This document shows positions 59,527 to 64,000 of a DNA stretch of 64,000 nt, in pieces; position 1 is the stretch's first letter; each line of letters starts with the position of its first letter. A program made the position numbers and the translations under genes. Origin of the DNA: Anolis carolinensis (Eukaryota). The notes under the pieces are model-generated. The model did not search any database, was not told where the DNA came from, and worked only from the letters and a program-made list of their open reading frames with translations. Where the stretch lies: NCBI RefSeq assembly GCF_035594765.1, contig NC_085843.1, positions 116,909,971-116,973,970 of the forward strand, written 5' to 3'.

Positions 59527-62500
59527 CATAATCACTGCTATGTTCTTTCCACTCAATGAGAAGGAAAATGTGATTTTTGAAAATTTAACCTAGCAAATTG
59601 CTTCTCAGGTATTCTGCCTATTCCATCTTTTGATCTTAAGAAAAAACGTGAAATTAATTTTCCTTGGCTGCAGTGTATAGAATCTGATAGTGTCTAGAGA
59701 GAGTAGATAACCCTTCAGCAAATAGAACCAGGTTTCATTTTGCTTTTCAATGTAGCTCTAATTAGTGTAGCTTTTGCATCCAACTTTAGAGGATTTGTCA
59801 CAAATGAGGTCATAGTGATTATGTAACAATTACGGTTGAGATAAAAGCAGATATTGCCGTTTATATTCCTTAATTGGTGAGGGAATGTAGAGTCCAAATT
59901 TAATATTTATGGTCTCTTTCATATTCATACCTTCCATTCATCTGATGACTTTTTAATTATCTTCATCTGCCACTCTCTCCATATTGTATTTATTTTGCTG
60001 CAGAATCAATATTCATTTAAAAACCAGAGATAATATGTTTGGAAAATAAGCTTGTCTTGCTGTAAATGTAGAAGTTAGGTTTTCATTTCCAAGTAGAATA
60101 AATCTGAGCATCAATTTTAAAGCACTCTTTTGGGCTATATGAAGGAAAGATGACCAGATTTCTTTCAAAAGAAAGAGAAGGAACTTTGCATGGCAGATTG
60201 ATTCCTTTATCAAAATATATCTGTATCACTATATACAACCAAAATATAACGAGTATTACTTATCTCTGTTTAATGAGCTTGAACAATGGGTTTATTCTGC
60301 TGCTGCACAAGAGCAATAAAATTATATGTTCTCGGCTAGAAACAAACTTTTGAAATCCTAGAAGCCCTAAAGGAGGCTATCATATGGCTTAAAGGAGATT
60401 ATAGTAAACCAGCCCAGCTGCTTCAGACATGAATATCAGATTTGTTTACATTCTCAGGTTCAATGAAAGGGAAAATAATACATTTGGTGGATGAGAACCT
60501 GTAGCTTATGCTACATTAGGCACGTTTGAATAAATTTCATTTGACACTGCTACCTGATGTTGGCACAGCCCTGTGTGAAATCTGCCGATCATATTAATAA
60601 TCAAAAGAAATTCAGGTAAGTTCAAAGCAAATCAAGTTGGGAAGTCATTTGCAGGAGTGGGGAAGACCTCCAAAAACCAACCAGATTCAGAAAAATACAT
60701 TTTTGACTTAATTCTGTGAAATTAGTTTTTGGATTTTTGCATAAGCCAAGGCATTGATTTTTCAATAAGAAAACAAGGAATGTGTTCTGTTGGTGATCCT
60801 TATAGAAATGGATAGATTGATACAGTGTTCTAAACTTTGGTGTCATTATCTTAATATATCTTAATATATTTTTATGATGTAATATAATTATCTACAGCTG
60901 CCTCACTACAGCCAACATTCATAATAAGAAAGCACATGTGTTCATGTTAGTTATTAGAAAGTAAAGCATTCAGATCGTAATCCCACAAAGAAAATTTCAC
61001 ATAACATAACAGGTTGTGTTTTATAGTGGATCCCATACTGAGCAGCACAACTTCATTCAGTGTGAGTTCAAACTGTAATCAGCAGGCAGTCTACAACCCA
61101 CTCTTCCCTTTGAAACATCAGTTGTACTACTGGCACAATTGTCATATCAGCCTGACTTTTCTTTGCTTTAGGATTCATAAGTACTATTGTTTCACTATTG
61201 CAGTATTTGGGAACATGAAAGTGGAAAAACTGTGACTACAGTATCTTCAGGGGTTGAGGAGATGAGTGCTGCTTTGCTTTCACTGATATCGAGCCACAAC
61301 CCCCCCTCCAGTGAATCACCAGTGAAAGCCTCTGAGAGGACCTGCAGCAGAGCTGGCTCCATGAGATAATGTTTCAAATCCCCTTTCACCCTTGAACTGT
61401 AAAGAAAAAGTATCTCTTGTTAATTTATGCTTGCTTCTCTATATCTTTCTTTCTCTTTTCTCTCTCAGCAGCTATGGCTGGCTTCTGCCCCTATGGACCC
61501 CATCATCCCCGGCTGAGGTTCCCTGCCTCCCCACTCCTAAACAAGCTCCCTTTCCTTCCTTTTCCCTTTCCCTATGTAGCCTCTTTCATGCGTCCCCGTC
61601 CCCTGAGTCACCCCAAGCCACCCCAAAATCCTGGGCCTTTGCTGCCCCTAGGATCCGCTGGTCAGTGGATACTGGGATTCTTATGTGTGTGTTTCATCTT
61701 TTTATGTTTTATAATTTTATACACATAACTCTTTGGAGTATGAAGCCACCTTGGTAACCTTTCACTGACACATCGTGACCCAGATTTTCTTCTGTGTTCT
61801 CTGGGTCATCACTCCAACAACGGATTCAAACAACCAACATCTCCAGGATCAATAGAACCGGCTGGGCAAGGGATTACCAGAACCTGAATTGGGCCAACAT
61901 TCCTTTGTGGCAGCCACATGGACAAAGGACTCACAATCACCCAGGCATCTTCATGGCTCCTCTTTCTCTTCCTCTGTGTCACATGGGTCCATTTTGCCCA
62001 ATACCTCCCCTCCTCTGCCTGGGTAAAACAGATATATGCAGCACATGGGAAGTGGAACCTGAATCTGCATGGCAAGTAAAGTGATATGTGGGTTCTACTC
62101 CTTCTCCTCTTCTTGTGTGCCACATGTGTCTGTTTTGCCCAGACAAAAGAAGAAAACCATCAGGTTAAACAGAAACACATGGCACACCTGGCTCCTGCAA
62201 AAAGGGCTACCTTGTGGACATTCACAATGCAACCTCATCCTCAGGAGTTAAGTGGAGGAAGAAAACCATCACTACCCATTTGGTGCCTGCTCTGCTCATC
62301 TCCTGGAGATGGAGCTGCCATGTGAATGTTCACATGCCAGGCCCATCTTGCATAGGTAGGCAAATAATGGGTGGTAATTCAGCACATTCCCACATCACCT
62401 GACAACAGAGTTTCTGTGTGAATGTTCAAATGGCAGCTTCAATTTCAGGAGGTGGTTGCAATTATACATGCTTGTGAAGAATGAAAACTGTGAATGTGAA

Positions 62501-64000
62501 ACCCATGAAATTGGGGGCTGACTGTATACATTGAAATAATACAAATACAAGCCCACACTGATACAAAAAACAACGATTACCAATAAATGTTTAAGATTTC
62601 ATTCTGTTACTAAGTGACAAGGTATATATTACATTTATTGCTAATACACAACTGATATTCATCTGTTATTGTTTGTATGACCTGCCTTTCCTGGCCCAGT
62701 TGAAATAACTTCTCTGGCTACCAGTCTATATCTAGGCACAATTCGCATTGCTTTCTTTTTTTAATCTTTTAAAGTCCCAAACAGTTTGAGTTCTGATTAT
62801 CCATAAGACCATATCTCCCTATACAAAGCAGCGCCCGTTCAAAACCTGCAGGGGCAGGTTTCCACTTTATCTCACCACCTTCACAGACACATTTGATGAG
62901 AACACAAAAAAGAGGCTTCTTCCAGGCTATGGAACTTCAATGGGAGGTGGACTTCCTCCCTGCTCTCTTTTATCACCAGGATAATTTTTTTTATTCAGGC
63001 AGGCCTTTGAGATTTGTGTAGCAGCGGTGTGTATGAAATAGTGTACTGTATTTCTTACCTTTTATTAGAAATTAAGTTTTAAATATGGTGAGACTCCCAT
63101 AACCACAGAACCCATAGCCCATGTTTTTGCTTACCTGTGCCCAAGGAAGGATGGCTCCTTAAGGAATTTGTTGGTCTTCTAGTTTATTCTATGATATGAT
63201 TCCACAGTAAATGTTTACAGCATTGTCCTGGATGACCTTAGACATTTGTAGAGAGAAAACATTTTTAGGAATGTCTAAGTCATTGAGGACAAATCTATGG
63301 CATCCTGGGACCAGAAGTCACATAATGTAATGGTGTTTGGTCATATCCATGGTTTCAAGAAACTGCAATCCAGCTTGGAACATATTGCCCATGGATAAAG
63401 GGGTCTTACAACATGTTTTAAATTGTTTTATCTAATTTAATATAATACTGTTATTTCTTTCTTTTTTTGAACTTTTGCAAATCCTTATTAATATTTAACA
63501 AACAAGGTATTTTACAAGTGAGTGAAGTGTATGTATTGGCCAAGATAAAAACAAAAACAACCCCCCCCCCCCAAAAAAATAGAAGAAGCTGTAAGATTAG
63601 ATCCCATGCCTTTCCCAGTCAGATATGGGATTCTCAGATATGTTGGATTCTCATCACCCCCAGGCAACAATTAGATTATGGATTTTAAAAAATCCATATT
63701 GGGGAAAGGCTGTTCCAAAGGACGAGCTGGTCATTGACCATAATAAAGTGAACTTGAACTTGTTCCAAGGGACAAAGAGATTTTGAAGGAACAAATAACA
63801 GCAATGTGTTCCCTTGAGGTCAACAGCAACAGTCTACATGCCCTTCTCTGTAAATTCCATGACTTGACCTTGAACAATCTGAGAATATTGACCTTTGTAC
63901 CGGAATCATAGTGCATATAAACTTTCAAACTGCCAGGATACATAAAATAATAATCATGGAAAACCCTGGTGACTGCTTGTGGACCAGGGAAAAGGTGCAC

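Noticed and set aside
61187-61389. Overlapping short ORFs on both strands that look exon-like
   Set aside because: No recognisable homology or convincing pair of splice sites.

Overview
Repeat-rich, CpG-depleted vertebrate DNA. The repeat content (Sauria SINE, Anolis SINE2-like, L1, L2, CR1, R4/Dong, Penelope, hAT, Helitron, Tc1/pogo and Harbinger MITEs) points to a squamate, most likely an Anolis lizard. The window looks intronic or intergenic; I could not identify a host-gene exon with confidence. The only long intact genes are ORF1 and ORF2 of a full-length L1 (35368-41484, minus strand). The most unusual signal is three solo LTRs of distinct sequence (7201-7923 -, 10253-11692 +, 42977-44148 +), each TG...CA with a 5-bp TSD. 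In all three, U3 is one stop-free frame starting at LTR base 2 and ending at the TATA-like box. The encoded acidic peptides carry helix-acidic linker-FEGF motifs like the LEDGF/TFIIS-N-terminal-domain (TND) interaction motif of CDCA7L/JPO2, plus LANA-like (MRLRSA) or HMGN-like (RRSLRIASK) motifs. A duplicated copy of the motif differs only at silent sites. I infer that these retrotransposons encode a chromatin/elongation-factor docking tail in their 3' LTR. Other observations: large nested composite hAT elements, Helitrons with different cargo, a Penelope hammerhead ribozyme, and a 170-bp templated duplication at an R4 LINE 5' junction.
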